A stretch of DNA of 64,000 nt from Lama glama (taxonomy: Eukaryota), in contig CM052817.1 in assembly GCA_028534125.1 (NCBI GenBank), positions 85,128,001-85,192,000 on the forward strand, in the 5' to 3' direction. Below the pieces are notes generated by a model. That model was given only the letters and a program-made list of their open reading frames with translations. It did no database searches and was not told the DNA's origin. A program made the translations under genes and the position numbers. Of this stretch, positions 37,046 to 51,689 are shown in pieces. Each line of letters begins with the position of its first letter. Positions within the stretch are counted from its first letter, which is position 1.

Positions 37046-40000
37046 ACCTATTCCCTTGGTGGTTATGCCCCAGAATTTTGCTTCTTTTTTGATGCATCCT
37101 TACCCTGACTGTATCTTTCTTTCCCGCACTCTGATTCCCTTTCTTTCCTCCATGTAGTTGTGTAGCCCCAGAGTCTCGAGCTGCAGAGAATCTTACATGC
37201 CCTTTTTCCTGTTTTTGTAGAAGGAAGGTCAAAAGAGCAAATATTTGGGAATTTTTCTTGGGATAATTTTATCATCAGGAATTACTCCAGATATTCTTGG
37301 TAATAAATCATATTAGAGAATTGAAGTCATATAAGAATTCTATGAAATACTATATTTTGATTTAGTTTTCTTGACTTAATGTATGATTAATTACTAAAGT
37401 ATGTGTCTGTTCAAAGCTTGGTTACATACATGTAAAAATTAACTCATTCGACAAGTGTCTATGCATGTGGTGGCAGCAGACCCAGAGACAATTGTTTTAA
37501 AAACAGAGTATTAAAATATTAATCCTTGTTATCACCATTGAAAAAGCAATACCCTCCCTTAGACTTGGCACCATTTTTAAGATTAAAGAATTCTTAGCTG
37601 ACCCTCCTCTTTCTGATCTGTGCCCTCATATCCTCTGGGAACCCTCTTTTTCCTTATCTCCTTTCTATCCTGATTTGCTTTATGTGTTTCAGAAGTAACA
37701 GTAATTAATCTGATAACCCGTTAGATGGTCAGAAGTTACCAAATTATCTACTTTGTTTCTCCCATGAGATAAATGGCATTTACTTTTTTATGCTGACTCT
37801 GCAGGTGATCTAATGACATCTAGTTTACTGGCTCTGTCAAAGGGATACTTGCAATTGTGACACTTAAGAATTTTGGTCCAGTTGAAAAGGAAGATTCGGT
37901 GACTAGTATTGGGGGGTATCAGGAATATTTCTGAATATTTTCCTCAGAGTAAAGTTGTATATTTAGTTGGCTAATCACTTATTTGGCTCATCATTTATTC
38001 TTGGGCTTACTTTTTGTGATACTACTTTCTCATAGAATGTAAATTTTTAATGGGAGTACAAAAACCTTGTATTTGTAATAAATGATATAGTAAGTATAGC
38101 CTATTGTATATTATCAATTATAATTATCCACTGCATGTTGCACTTATGAATTTTATTTGTTATGTTTTCTTGAGTGCTTGTGACATTATTTTAGTTACTT
38201 CAGAGTAACTTGTGTGCTGTCCACATAAAACTACAAAATATACAACTAAATATATATATGTATAAATATATAATCAGTTTTTCAAAAATTTCAAATCTTT
38301 CTCTGCTTTTATCTAAATAATTTAGATGAAATTGTGCATGTACGTGTGTGTTTTGGACTGAATTATGTAACAGTTGCCTTAATTCTTCATTTGTTAAACT
38401 ATTGTGTGTGAACAAGTATAGTTCAGAATTTGAGGGTGCACTTGAACTTCCATAAGATAAATATTTATATTTTGTGAAATATTTGAAAAAAAATCATTAA
38501 ATATATGTGACTACATTAATATAATAATGTTTATATATGAAGGATATAAAATTTAAAATTATATGCATATCAGAGTGAACACCTATAGCTGTATAGCAAA
38601 TAATGAAAGTAAATTCATTTCTGCATCTGAATATATTGTTAAACTCCTCAAACTAAAATCTATTGAGAAACACTTGATAATGGGATAAAACAAATATTTA
38701 TATAGTTTTTTTATTTGTTTTTAAGAGGCATGCATAGAATAGGTTTGGAACACAGTGAACATGTATGTCTACAGAAAACTATGAAAATTTTCAAATAAAA
38801 ATATTTTACCTACATGTAGTTAGACTGACAAATTATATTTGAGTATTTTATTAGTAGACAGACTTGTGTAAATACTAGTAGGCCAACTAAGAATCAAGCT
38901 AATTGCACTAGATGATTTTATAATCCTTTATGTCTGATCAAATGATATCACTGAAAATATACTTGAAATTTGAAAAAGAAATTTAAGTTATCCTAATGAA
39001 ATATGGGTCATAAGAGATACAATTACTCTCATAGGTTTAAGATGTTTTAATTTTTTGCTGAGAACACCTTAGTATTCAAAACCATTTTGGTTTAGTAAAA
39101 CTTGTTAACATGATAAATTTTATAATTAGTTTGAAGTGACTTTGGTGATCCAAAAATTTTTATAAAGTTTTTAAATGACAATCATTACTCTGCTTTTAAC
39201 ATTTTAATAAATCACTGTTCTTATCCTTAAAGGAAACCACATGATACGAGATTTTGCTGAGAAAAATTAAATTGAATTGTCTCCAGTGTACAACTTACAT
39301 TTGAAGATTGAATAAAGATGGGTTTCATAGTCACAATTTATTGAATAGGTCTATAAATAACAGGAAAAGTTCAGTTACATATAAAAATTACTTCTTCACA
39401 TTAGGTGCTCCTATATTTATATTTTGAATGATTCAGTTAAGAGGTGGTGAGAAATATTTATAATACCAGGTCATCAGGATAAAATAGGGACAATGCAGTT
39501 TAATCACTTTATTTATTTTTTTGAAATGTCCTTAATGGAAAGAATGAATAACTGCCTTGCTTCAAAATTTAATTTTATTGCCTTGAGTGAAAGATTTGAG
39601 TATTAGCATAACATTCTATTTATGTGAGTTATGCTGTAGTTTTTGTCATTTTTTACATTACAGTGCAGGAAATGTTGCTGATTTATTGTTGCATTTTTAA
39701 AGGGCAATGCTATGCTGAAACCAGAGACTGAAGGAAGCTAAAAATCATATTTGTCAAAAACTCAGCCTTGACATGGTTTATGATCAGTGACTACTTGTCC
39801 TATTTATAGGGCTGTATTTAAAAGTAAGCTAATCTAGTAAGATCAAATATGATTGATGTTTTCCCATTTATTGTTTTCTAATGTTTCATTTTGTTGGTTT
39901 TAAGATGGTTATAAGAATCAAGAAATATGAAGTTACGTGGAAGTTAAAGAATGCATAGTACTTTCCATTTTCATTATGCTCATTTGAAGAGAATTATTTT

Positions 40001-42779
40001 CTAAATATTCAGCTTGGGTCCTATCAGCATCCACTATAATCAGAGTAATTTTTAAAATATCAAATGAATTATGAATACTCTCTTCAGCTATGCAAGCGAG
40101 ATGTTAAATGGCTGTGTGAGGATTTGAATGCTGTGGTCTAGTATATAAGGTAATTATCACCAATGCAAAAAACATTCCTGCTTATAAATTATAAGGACTT
40201 GAAAGCTTGAAACTTTTACAAGATTATATCTCAGTTGAACCAAAGGAAGCAAAGTCAAACTTCTTATTTGGCCAAGCATCTGGAAGCATAATGAGTGAAC
40301 TTAAATGTTATTATTCAAAAACTTAAGAGTATGAGTATATTTGTAGTCTACATTACAATTCTGAATTCAGTTTCTTAGAATCATGGAAAGTAAGAGTAAT
40401 AACTATTTCTTTTAGTTTTCAAGCAAGTATTTATCAGTAATTTGTAAATAACAATAATACATTATTTTTATATATCTAAATTAATTATACTTCTTTGATA
40501 TTCCATACAGCATGAAGTAATTATTCAAGGTATAGGCAGAGCAAAAAGATTTAGTAAGTGGCTTGATTATTTAAACTGTTAGGAACGGAGGCAGTCAGAC
40601 AGGTGAAGAGGTAAATAAACAGATCCAGTGGTTATAACCTTTGGGATTAATGTGGATAAAAAATATCTGATATACTACAACCAGTTAGTCTGAGTGAACT
40701 GGGTATAGTAAATTGCACTTACTAGAGTTGTCATTCCATGGAAACTTTATTCCATCATTTGGATCAAGAATAAATCTAAGCTGAGATAAATGTTCTAATG
40801 TTATAGATACCTGAAATATTATACTCCACCTTGAAAAAAATGATTTTGTGTTTATTGTGGATTAATTCCAGAGGTTAGTGTTTGTAGACTTCAAAATATA
40901 ATAGGGCTAAGAATGAATAACATTGAATTAGTAAAGCTTGATCTATAATTACCATTTACACCAGGCAAGAGAAATATTTTATTGTAACTGACCTGAATAA
41001 TAGAGTGGGATGGAAGGAAGGAAGTTTATTTGTTTGAGACACCAAATGAAAACTATGAAACACAAAGGGGAAAAGGTAGTTTCACTGAGAATAAAATATT
41101 CATGTTGATAACTTACATAAGACAAAAGATGGAGTGTTTTCTGCAGGGAAATTACTTTCTTTGATGAGCTCCATTTATGCATGATGAAGTTTTAAATTTT
41201 TGAAAACCCCCTTGGTTATTTTTTCTTCCTTTCAATTCTTGTGGTTTTAATTTCAGACATAAACAGATGTAAAATTTTCTTGCTAAAAGCTTCTTACTCT
41301 GCTTAAAGTTGAATTTATAGCACAAGGAAAAAAATGCCTTCTTACAATGACAGTGATTAGGAAATCAATATTTAAGGCACTGGATTCATGAATTGCACGG
41401 TGAACAGTGGCTCCATTCGTTTTGAAACCACCGTATGATAAAATATATCTTCATTTACTTTGCTCATTTTTAAGATTGTTTGTTTGAAGCATAATCTTGA
41501 GGGATGCTGAGTATTATATCTTCTAACTAGCAGCTTGAGTTTGGAAGCAATTTTGTTTGAGTAAAATCCATTATGTAATGACTTTGAGTGGCCTGCAAGC
41601 TGCATGTTAAGGCTCACATACATACTTCTTGAGGATGGAAAGCTATTGGTTTTACTTGGTAATTTAATGTGGGAAGCATTTTAGAAGCTTCAATGGCAAG
41701 TGAGGATCTGAATCTTACATATTGCCTATCACCCTAATCAAGAGAGAAGGGACAATAGAATATACTTAATCTCTAGAAACTTGGGTTCCAATAGTAGAAC
41801 ATGAAACTAGATGGGAAGATAGATGTGTGGGTCTCAATATGTAGACGTATTTATGCATCACAGAGTCACCATGCAATCTGACACTATTTGAAGGAGGTTG
41901 CTAGCATCAACCTCACAAAAGACTGAGACAAAAGTGGGCAGAAGTTGATGTACATTAGCCAAACATTGATGGAGCCTGCTTGGATGCAATTGCCTGATGC
42001 ATTAGGAGCAAATCTTTAGGGAAATGTACTTAGTGACATAAATCATAAACAAAGCTCTATAGAATTACCAGGTGTGGTAAGTAGATACCTACACTGGTAG
42101 AATGACTGTTATTAGACTGAAAGGACCCTACTTCAAAATAGTTTGCAAATCTCTCTCAGTGGCCCAGTTCTGCAGTCCTTGACAGCAGGAATCTAACCTA
42201 TGTTTTCACACTTAAAAATCTAACAAAAATCTAGTGATTCAAACATGTTTTTAGAAGTTAAGAAAATGCTAAATAATAAATAACTACACACACTTGCAAT
42301 TGTTTATATGTATATATACAAATACACACATTTTTAACTCTCATGTAGTTAGGTAATTGAAAAGTATGTGGATTCATAGACTAATAATGCTTAAGAAATC
42401 AACAATTTTAGAATGTTTCTGCCTTTAAATATGAGACAGTGGTTTTACCAAACTGATGTATAATTTGACAAATATTTATTGATTCTTAGTCCTTGGAGAT
42501 GCAGAGACAACTGGCTCCCATTTACAGCCTTGAAAAGCACACAGGTAGCTGAGGTAGACAGAGAAACCAGTCAGATTTTCATAGCTTAAAACAGTGAGTA
42601 TAAATTAAGTACATGTTGTTATGCAAATGTGCTTTACTCTAAGAAGTAAAAGGAAGGTTTTGAACTTGGTGATGTGGATTGCATTAAATGAGTGGAAGGC
42701 TATGATGGAGTGTGGGGATGTAAGATGAACAAGACATGGAATTAACAGAAAACCTGAACCTTAAAGATAAGAGGACATA

Positions 42780-45700
42780 GAACTGTAGGACAGATCATAT
42801 GTTAGGTCACAAAACAAGTCTCAGTAATTTTAAGAAGATTCAAATTATATCAGGCATCTTTACTGACTACAGTAGGATGAAACTAGAAATCAACTACAAG
42901 AAGAAAACAGGAAAACTCACAAATATGTGGAGATTAAACAACATCCTACTAAACAACCAATGGATGAACAAAGAAATAAATAGAGAAATAAAAAAAATAC
43001 CTTGAGAAAAGTGAAAATGGAAATACAATATAACAAAATATATGAGATGCAGCAAAAGCAGTTCTAAGGGGAAAGTTCACAGTGATGGAGGCATACATCA
43101 AAAAACAAGAAAAATATCAAAGAATTTAATTTCATATCTAAAGAAACTAGGGGGGGAAAGAACAAAGCCCAAAGTTATAAGGAAGGAAGTTAGAAAGATC
43201 AGAGTGGAAATAAATAAAACAGAGACCAATAAGACAATGAAAAGACCAATGAAACTAAGAGCTGGTTCTTTGAAAAGATAAACAAAATTGGAAAACCTTT
43301 AGCTAGACTAAGAAAAAGAGAGTAAATTAGTAAAAATCAGAATTGAAAGATGAGACTTCACAACTGATATCAAAGAAATACAAAAGATTATAAGATACTA
43401 CTGTGAACAATTATACACCAACATATTGGACAATCTTTGAGAAATAGATAAATTTCTAGAAAACACAGTCTTTCAAAACTGAACCATGAAGATAACAGAA
43501 ACTTTGAGTAGACCAATTACTAGCAAGTAGATTAAAGTAGTAGTCAGAAACCTCCTAACAATCAAAAATCCAGGACCAGACAGCTCTACTGGTAAATTCT
43601 ACGAAAGATTCAAGGACGATTTAGTGTTATCCTTCTCAAAGTCTTCCAGAAAACTGAAGAGGAAGGAATGCTTCCAAATTCATTTTAAAAGACCAGCATT
43701 TCCCTGATACCACAATGAGACAGTTACACCTCACACAAAACAATTATAGACTCATATCTCTGATAAACATGGATGCAGAAATCCTCGACAGAATATTAAC
43801 AAACCAAATTCAACAGTAGACTTAACAGATCATACTTCATGGTCAAGTAGGATGTACTCAGGGTCACAAGGATGGTTCAGCATTTGAAAATAATTCAGTG
43901 TGATACACCACATTAACAAATGAAGGTTAAGTCATACGATCACCTCAACAGATGCAGAAAAAGCATTTGACAAAATTCATGATAAAAAAAAACCCTCTTA
44001 ATAAAGTGGATATAGACAGAAAATACATCAGTGTAATAAAGATCATATGTGACAAGCCCATAGCTAACATCATACTCAGCAGTGGAAAGTTGAAAGCTTT
44101 CCCTCTAAGATCAGGAACAAGACAAGGATTCCTGCTCTTGCCACTTTTACTCAACGTAATGTTGGAAATGCATCCAGAACAGTTAGGCAAGAAAAACAAA
44201 AGGCAGCCAAATTGGAAATGACAAAGTAAAGCTATCACTATTTGCAGACAACATGATTTTATATATAGAAAGCCCTAAAAACTTCACCACAAAAACTGTC
44301 AAAATTAATAAACAAATTCAGTAAAGTTGCAGGGTACAAAATCAACATACGAATATCTGTTGTGTTTTTATATAATAATGACAAACTATTGGAAAAAAGA
44401 ATTAAGAAAACAACCCTATTCACAGAGTTACATCAAAAAGTAATACCTATGAATAAATTTAACCAAGGAGGTGAATTCCTGTGCACTGAAAACTATAAGA
44501 TATTGGTAAAATAAATTAAAGATGACACAAATAAGTGGAAAGGTACTGTGGTCATGAATTGGAGTGATTAATATGGTTAAAAAGTCCATGTTACCCGAAA
44601 CGATTTACAGATTCAGTGTAATGCCTGTAAAAATTCCAGTGTTATTTTTCACAGATACAGAACAAACAATCCTAAAATTTTCATGGAACCACTAAAGATC
44701 TGGAATAGTCAAAGCCATTTTGAGAAAGAAGAGCAGAGCTGGGGGTATCACAGTCCCTGATTTTACACTGTATTACAAAGATGTAGTAGTCTATTAACAG
44801 TATGGTAGTGGCATATAACAGACATATAGATCAGTAGAATAGAATATAGAGAGCCCAAAAAGAAAGCCACATGTATACAATTAACTAAAGGGTGCAAACA
44901 AGGCAAGAATATACAATAAAGAAATGACAGTCTCTTCAATACATGGTTTTGGGAAAACTGGGCAGCCACATGAAACAGAATGAAATTAGGCTGTTCTCTT
45001 TCACCATGAACAAAAATTTACTCAAAATAGATTAAAGATTTGAATGTAAGACCAGAAACCATACAACTCATACAAGAAAACATAGCAGGTAAACTCATTG
45101 ACATTGATTTTGGTGACTTTTTGGATATGATTCCAAAGATAGGGGCAACAGAAGCGGAAATAAGCAATTGAGATTACATCAAATTAAAAAGCTTCTGCAC
45201 AGCAAAGCAAGTCATCAACAAAATGAAAAGGCAATCTACTGAATGGGAGAAGATATTTCCAAATCATATAACTGATAAATTAATATCCAAAATATGTGAA
45301 GAATGTATGCAGCTTCATAACAAAAAGAACAATCCAATTTAAAAATGGGCAGAGGATCTGAATAGACATTTTTCTGAAGAAAACATACAGATGGCTAACA
45401 AGAACATGAAAAGATATTCATTATCATTAATCATCAGGAAAATGCAAATCAAAACCACAATGAGATGTCATTTCACACCTGGCAGAATGGTTATTATCAA
45501 AAGGACAAGAAATAAAGTGTTGGAGAAAATGTGGGAAAAAAGGGAACCCTTGCACATTTTTGATGGGAATGTAAATTGTTACAGTGACTATGGAATGCAG
45601 TATGGAAGTTCCTCAAAAAATTAAAAGTAGAACTACCAAATGATCCAGCAATTCTACTACTGGACATTTATCTGAAAAATAGGAAAAAACTAACTCAGAA

Positions 45701-46295
45701 AGTTGTATATGCCTTTGTGTTCATTGCAGCATTGTTTATAGTAGCCAAGATATATTTATGATGGGATACTACTAGGTCATAAAGAGGAATGAAATCTTGC
45801 CATTTGTAGCAGCATGGATAGATCTTCAGGATATTATGCTAAGTTAAATAAGTCAGATAGAGAAATATATGATTTCACTTAAATGTGAAATCTATAGAAC
45901 AAAACAAATGAACAGACAAAACCAAACTAACAGATACAGAGGCTAGATTGGTAGTTGCCAGAGGGCAAGTGTGTTAAGAGGTAGGTGGATTGGGTGATTG
46001 TGTTAAGAGTTAACAAACTTCCAGTTACAAAATAAGTAAATCCTGGGAGTGTAATATACAGCATGACCACTTATGTCAGTAAAATTGTGTTGCATATTTA
46101 AAAGTTGCTAAGAGAGTAAATCTTAAAAGTTCTCATCACCAGAAAAAAATTTTATAACTTTGTATAGTGACAGATGATAACTAGACTTACTGTGATCATT
46201 TTGTGGTGTATACAAATATCAAATCATTTTGTTGTTCACCTGAAACTAATATGTTATGTGTCAGTTATACCTTACCTAAAACAAAAGCAAAGGAA
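42780..46295 (+). mobile_element. 5'-truncated LINE-1 (L1MA8/9-like), 3.5 kb, ORF2 pseudogenised
   Basis: ORF2 remnants from the endonuclease end (MLGHKTSLSNFKKIQIISGIF) through RT (KPIANIILSSGKLKAFPLRSGTRQG; FADN at 44241) to the 3' UTR. 17-bp TSD AAAGATAAGAG[G/A]ACATA (42763-42779, 46296-46312) at TT/AAAG. Confidence 0.95.
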
Positions 46296-46575
46296 AAAGA
46301 TAAGAGAACATACAAAAATTTTTATATTCCTTCCATAAAGCAGCTGGGTACATGGAGAGGGCACTGGATTGCTTCCTGGCTCTGTCCAGCCACTCTTTGA
46401 TGGTCTTTGCAAGTACCTAACTTCGGAGTTTCATTTCTTTACCAATAAAATGTATTTAATAAAACACTGTCTTCCAGGGATGTTGTGAAAATATACTTTG
46501 TAAATGGTACATACGGAGTAGGTATTCAATAAATAGTATTTAAGGAGATTACAATAATCAACAATGACCTTAACC

Positions 46576-46705
46576 AGAGGTTCCCAGTTTTGGCTGCATA
46601 TTAGAATAATTTAGAGAACTTCCAAAAAGGATTTCTTAAATGCTGGTGTTTACATTTCACCCCCTAGAGATTCTGACTTAACTGGCATGGTTATAGTCTG
46701 GATAT
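46576..46705. mobile_element. MER5-like hAT-Charlie fragment
   Basis: TTTGGCTGCATATTAGAAT...CACCCCCTAGAGATTCTGACTTAACTGG. Confidence 0.6.
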
Positions 46706-46755
46706 GAAACTTAAAGGAGAACACAGGAACATATGAGAAAGAATAAGAAACAGTT

Positions 46756-46821
46756 GAAAGAAAGAAAGAAGGAAAAAGAAAGGAAGGAAGGAAGGAAAGA
46801 ATAAAGGAAGGAAGGAAGGAA
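46756..46821. repeat. (GAAA)/(GGAA) purine-rich simple repeat
   Basis: Read directly from the sequence. Confidence 0.85.
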
Positions 46822-48206
46822 TGTAGAGTCTATCAATATGCTAAGGAGTAGATTTCCTTCATTTCATAGAACAGAAAGATTGCCTTCACTGTTAGGTGTG
46901 GTTGATAAGTATCTCCAGGTTTCACCTGTTCCAAAGCAGCTGACTTTTGAGGAGGGCTAACCAACAGAGGCAGAGTTTCTGCATTCTAGGAGTGTCTTCT
47001 ATGGAGTGCATAAATTCTGTGCTTCATATTATGGTGGAATAGGTCGTAAGTTTTATTCCTTGGAATAGAAGCAGCCTGGAAGAGGTGGTGAGGAAATCTA
47101 ATATTGAGGATTAATAATTCTTAGAGCTCTTTAAAGTACTTCAGTTTATCCTGTCTAATTAATACGCATCTCAAAAGGGACTGAGGCCCTGCTTTGAAGA
47201 TGTGAAATACAACAAAAGCATTCCTGCCTAAACCTTTAACCATGGGTTTGATGACTGGCGGTGATCTTTGTAACTATGTTACACAAAAGAGAAATAGGCT
47301 GAATTATAGCAGAAAGAATTGTAAATGCATACTAGAGAAAGTGAGAGCTCAGTTTGAATCTTAAAACAATTTACTTTTTTTTTTTAATAAGCCATGATAT
47401 TCTACCCTGGTTACTAGAAAAGATACTGCATGGCAGAATCATATTCTCTAATATTGAACATCAAAGAAAAACCAAAAGAAGCAAAATTATTTTTAATTGA
47501 TTCAGATTCCTAAGACTAGAATTTATTTTTTACATGAAAAATTGGTATTTTGATTATGTGAATAATATATATTACACTGTTGTGATTGTTATCTGGGACC
47601 TCCAGATAAATGAATAATTTTACCCATGTATTGTTTTTTCCATGAAAATACTTTAGACTAATTGGAAAATAATTAACTACATTTATTTTTCCCCCATGAA
47701 AATCTTTTGATATTGCAGAAATATTTCCCTGTGAAATATATAATTGCTGAAATATTTCCCACTTAAAATCATTCTCGTTACTTTATGCCATTCGTAGGAT
47801 GGAAATATGTGAAATCTCATCATCAAAAGAGATTTTACTATAGATCTTTAATTCAGTGTATGCTAAGCAACACCTATAAAGTATTTTAGGAATAGAAATT
47901 AAGTACCAGGCTATAATTAGAATAGTCGCTGGTGAAATATATCCATTTTTGCTCTTCTTCACATCAAATTCACATACTTGCAGACTTGTCTGAATGCTGT
48001 TTTTATTGTTGTACTCTGCATTTACACAAGATCCCTGTACAGTCTGACATTTGCTTCAACCACTAGAATGAACTGTTTTTGTTGCTGTTAAACACACCAA
48101 CTATTTTCATGTAAACAAATCCACTAGTCACTTTTCAGTCCCCATCTTATTTGACTTCTCTTCAGCATTTGATACAGTTAAAAGTCCTTCTTTGAGACAT
48201 TCTCTT

Positions 48207-48753
48207 TGTTGAGGTCCACGAGTCAAAGATCACTTGTAGTTGAACAAATTGGGCTTTTGGATATCTGGTGCAGGAGGGGGAATATATTCCACAGGGAACT
48301 GTGAGGCATCTTAATTAGATGTGCCAAGAAGTTCTTGTTACAGGTTTTGGGCTTGTATTATGTGATTTGGAGGAAAGTTCAAGGAATGGAATCTGTTCTA
48401 GACTGAGTGCTTTGAGGAAGCAGCTGGATTCTATGGCTGTGCATCTTAATAATTTTTATTTTGTAGGTAGAAAGAACAGGATAAGACTAAAGCTGTAAGT
48501 TTGAAGAAGCAGCTGTTACTCTTATTAGTTGGGAGTTGGGAAGTTTGGAAATATTTGTAGTTTTCATAATGTTCTTATATTTGTCTGTGGTCAGAGTCCT
48601 CTTGTTTTTGTTTCACAGCATCATGATTACGTAGTGACCTTGTCTGAAGCTGGTGTTGAAATTGTTCACATTCAACTGGAAAATACCATGGCCTAGCTCT
48701 GTGCCAGGCCAGCTTCCATCTGATGGCTGTCAGCATTGCCTTTTTCTTTCTCA
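48207..48753 (-). mobile_element. ERV1 solo LTR (MER89/MER90-like)
   Basis: Reverse complement TGAGAAAGAAAAAGGC...AGCTGGCCTGGCACAGAGCTAGGCCATGG...CAGACAAGGTCACT; TG/CA ends. No TSD seen. Confidence 0.65.
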
Positions 48754-48980
48754 AGATCATGGTACCGTATTCTCTTTGGTTTCTTTCTACTGCTCAACCT
48801 GCTCCTTTTCAGTCTTCCTCACAGTATCTTCTTCTATATAATCTTTAACTCTTAGAGTTTTCCAGTCCTTATATCTGGATCATCTTTTATATTATCCTAC
48901 ACTTCATACGCAGTTTTATTTATTTTTATGATTTAAATTACTATCTGCTTTCTTCAGACTGGGACTATTATCTGCCTAAA

Positions 48981-49295
48981 AGATGGGTTGAAAAACTATA
49001 GCCCATTGGTCAGATACAGCCCAAAGTCTGTTTTTGCTCAGATATGAGGTGGTTTTTATAGGTTTAAATGGTTAGAAAAAATCTAAATATGAATGATATT
49101 TCATGACACATAAAATTATGTAAAATTTAAGTTACAGTATATAAACAAAAAAGGAGCAAAATGTTGCTTACCACCCAGTTCTACAAGGATTAAGTGATCA
49201 GCCACTGCAGTTGCCCACCCACAGTGCAACCTGAGAGGCATTCAGGATGAAAAACAGGGCGAGGCACCTGTGCTTTGAATAAGCAGGACCCTTTG

Positions 49296-49339
<44 letters not shown>

Positions 49340-49800
49340 AAGAATATTAATGACCCCAGATTCTTGCATCTTCTTATACATAGAAAAGCACTTAAGTCAT
49401 TAACATGAGATATCTGTTCTTTGTGAATAGCAGTAATCTTTTACCAAGAATGTATGCTTGACTGTATTTCCTAGCCAAAAATCATATATAAATTGGCTTC
49501 TCCCCAACCTCTTTAGAGTAGTTTCCTCAGAGCTACTAAGCAGCTGTCTCCTGAGCCATAGTCCTTATTTAATAAGATCCTTGAATAAAACTTAAATTCA
49601 TACCTCTCAGGTTGTACATTTTTCTTTAAGTTGACAACTGTCCAAAGATAAAATTTTATTGGAATCCAGGCATGTTAATTTGTTTAGGTATTTTCTATGG
49701 CTACTTTTTTTTTGCTGCAAGGGCAGTGTTGAGCAGTTGCAATAGAGAGCCAGAATTATCTACTAGCCATCCCTTTATAGGAAAAGTTTGCCGACCCCTG
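48981..49800 (+). mobile_element. MER58B-like hAT-Charlie element split by an LTR
   Basis: GGGTTGAAAAACTATAGCCCATTGG at the left end and GAAAAGTTTGCCGACCCCTG at the right end; the internal consensus resumes at about 49637. Confidence 0.85.
49140..49636 (+). mobile_element. ERV1-class solo LTR containing (TA)18
   Basis: AATAAAACTTAAATTCA...GTTGTACATTTTTCTTTAAGTTGACA 3' end; interrupts MER58; (TA)18 at 49299-49334. Confidence 0.75.
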
Positions 49801-51289
49801 CTTTAAAATCATGCATTTAACTAATCCGTGAGATTTTTCAATTGATTATTTTAGTCATCTTAAAATATTTAAAAGAGAAATTTTATCCGCCTCCAATCCA
49901 TGCCTGTGCCTGCTCATCTTAATATTTGGGGCCCTTGCCACACAGAAATTCAAATCAGAAACCACAAATCATCCTTAATTCTTATTTCTCCTCTACCCTA
50001 TATTTCTAGTCCTTCTGGAAATCCATTGTTTCCGCTTCTGAACTATATCGCAGATAGGTCAGTCAGTCTCCATTTTTTCTGCCATCATTCTGTCATACCA
50101 TCACCACCTTGCATCTCTTCTACTCAAATAGCCTCCTCCTTGGTTTCCCACTCATGTGACTCTCAAGTCCCTTAACCATGATATTTTCTATCATTACATC
50201 TGTTCATAGCAATTATCATAATTTTTATGTAAATATTTGGGTTTAAATTCTGTGTATTTACTTATTTATTGTCTATCCAAACAAATAAGCTCTACAGAGG
50301 CGACTTCATACATTGTAGTTCAATAGTGGATATAAACATTTTGTATAGTGACTGGTGTGGAGTAGGTCAGTAAGTATTTTTTTTAACCAGTGACTGACTG
50401 ACTTAAAGCCCACGAAGATAGAGGTACAGTTACCCCTCATGCACACACACCTGCACACAGTCCACTTCTAAGAGAAAAATAAATGTATTGCATGTGCACA
50501 TTTATCAGTTGAGTATGCATCACTACGTTTGAACCACATCTATGAGAGAGGAAGTTTGCTCTGGGAAGGACAAGTTGATGCTGATTTTATCTTGACTTTT
50601 AAGAATTAGAACTTGGTCAGTTTTTGTTGTTGGTAGTGGTGATGATAGTGACCTTTTTCCTAGCAAACAAAACCAAACCAGTGATTTACTTACATCATTC
50701 TTGTGACTCAAAAGATATCTCAACTGAACTCATCGTTTACTTGAAAATTTGTTGTCAAATAGATATATTTCATTTTATAAAGGAGAGAACTATCCAGTTA
50801 TTTTTATGTGGATTTTAAATAGGAACTTAGACACTTCCAAAGTAATACTGAAATAGGAATGTAGACTAACTGTATATATGCACTGTTTTGGAGTGTGTAG
50901 CAATTGGAAGAAACTGTTGAATGCATGAGTTAGCGTTTAGGTAGAACCAACATGGTGAAATGGCCATAGGATATGGCATGAAGGTGGCCACTTGAGAACA
51001 GTTTTATAAAGTGATAGAGAAAGAGGCCAGACTGCAGGACTTTACAGATAAGTTACCTGATAAGAAAAAAATGCAGTGAGTTGACAGTAAAATGGAGAAT
51101 AAAAATGGGATGGTAGACAGATGGAGAATCAAATACAGCAGGAAAGGAGAGGGGGACACTCTCAGTGTTTGCAGGCAGAAGAAAAGAAATCTAGTTAAAG
51201 TGGAAAAAAATTAAATTTGGCAGAGAGTGAGGAAAACATAAGAACCATACCACTCAAAAGCTTAAGTGCCTTCCCAAGTTATGCATAAT

Positions 51290-51500
51290 AATTTGGATTT
51301 CAAAAAATGTTTTTACACAATTTGTATCATATGACCCTCACAAAACTGGGTATGTCTGAGTAAACCAAGACAGGTGGTTCTATTCCCATTTCACAGATTA
51401 GGAAACAGAAGCTCAGTTCCTGGGGTCATGCAGTGGGTAAGTAACATAAGGGAGAACAGAAGTGTTCTCACTCCTACGGTTTTATACTTTCCACTGTACC
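51290..51500 (-). mobile_element. MIR
   Basis: CCCATTTCACAGATTAGGAAACAGAAGCTCAG core. Confidence 0.7.
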
Positions 51501-51689
51501 ATGTTGACAGTGTGTTGTTAATCTTTAAACAGAAGGAGATCGAAATCTGCTGTGAGGAAGAGAAGCATTTAAGGCAGTGATCCAAAAGAAGTCGTCTCTT
51601 TCGCACCCACCCATTTAAACTATTATCACATTTAAGTAAATTTCAGTAAGTCTGAAGTGTGGAAGGAGATGACTCATGAAGAAGCATGG

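Larger units (their letters stand above)
48060..50400 (+). mobile_element. Fragmented LINE-2 hosting nested insertions
   Basis: L2-like segments at about 48060-48205, 48755-48950 and 49840-50400, ending TAAGCTCTACAGAGG...TGACTGACTGA. Confidence 0.65.

Noticed and set aside
40088..40149. Possible 62-nt exon (TCTCTTCAG| ... AAG|GTAATT)
   Set aside because: Stops in all three frames and a short pyrimidine tract; such site pairs occur often by chance. 37805-37898 is similarly weak.
42799..45624. Several ORFs with reverse-transcriptase or endonuclease-like peptides
   Set aside because: Fragments of one decayed L1 ORF2, not a host gene or a novel RT system.
47712..47760. Spaced 18-bp direct repeat ATTGC[A/T]GAAATATTTCCC
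   Set aside because: Only two copies in AT-rich DNA; not an array, and CRISPR is implausible in mammalian sequence.
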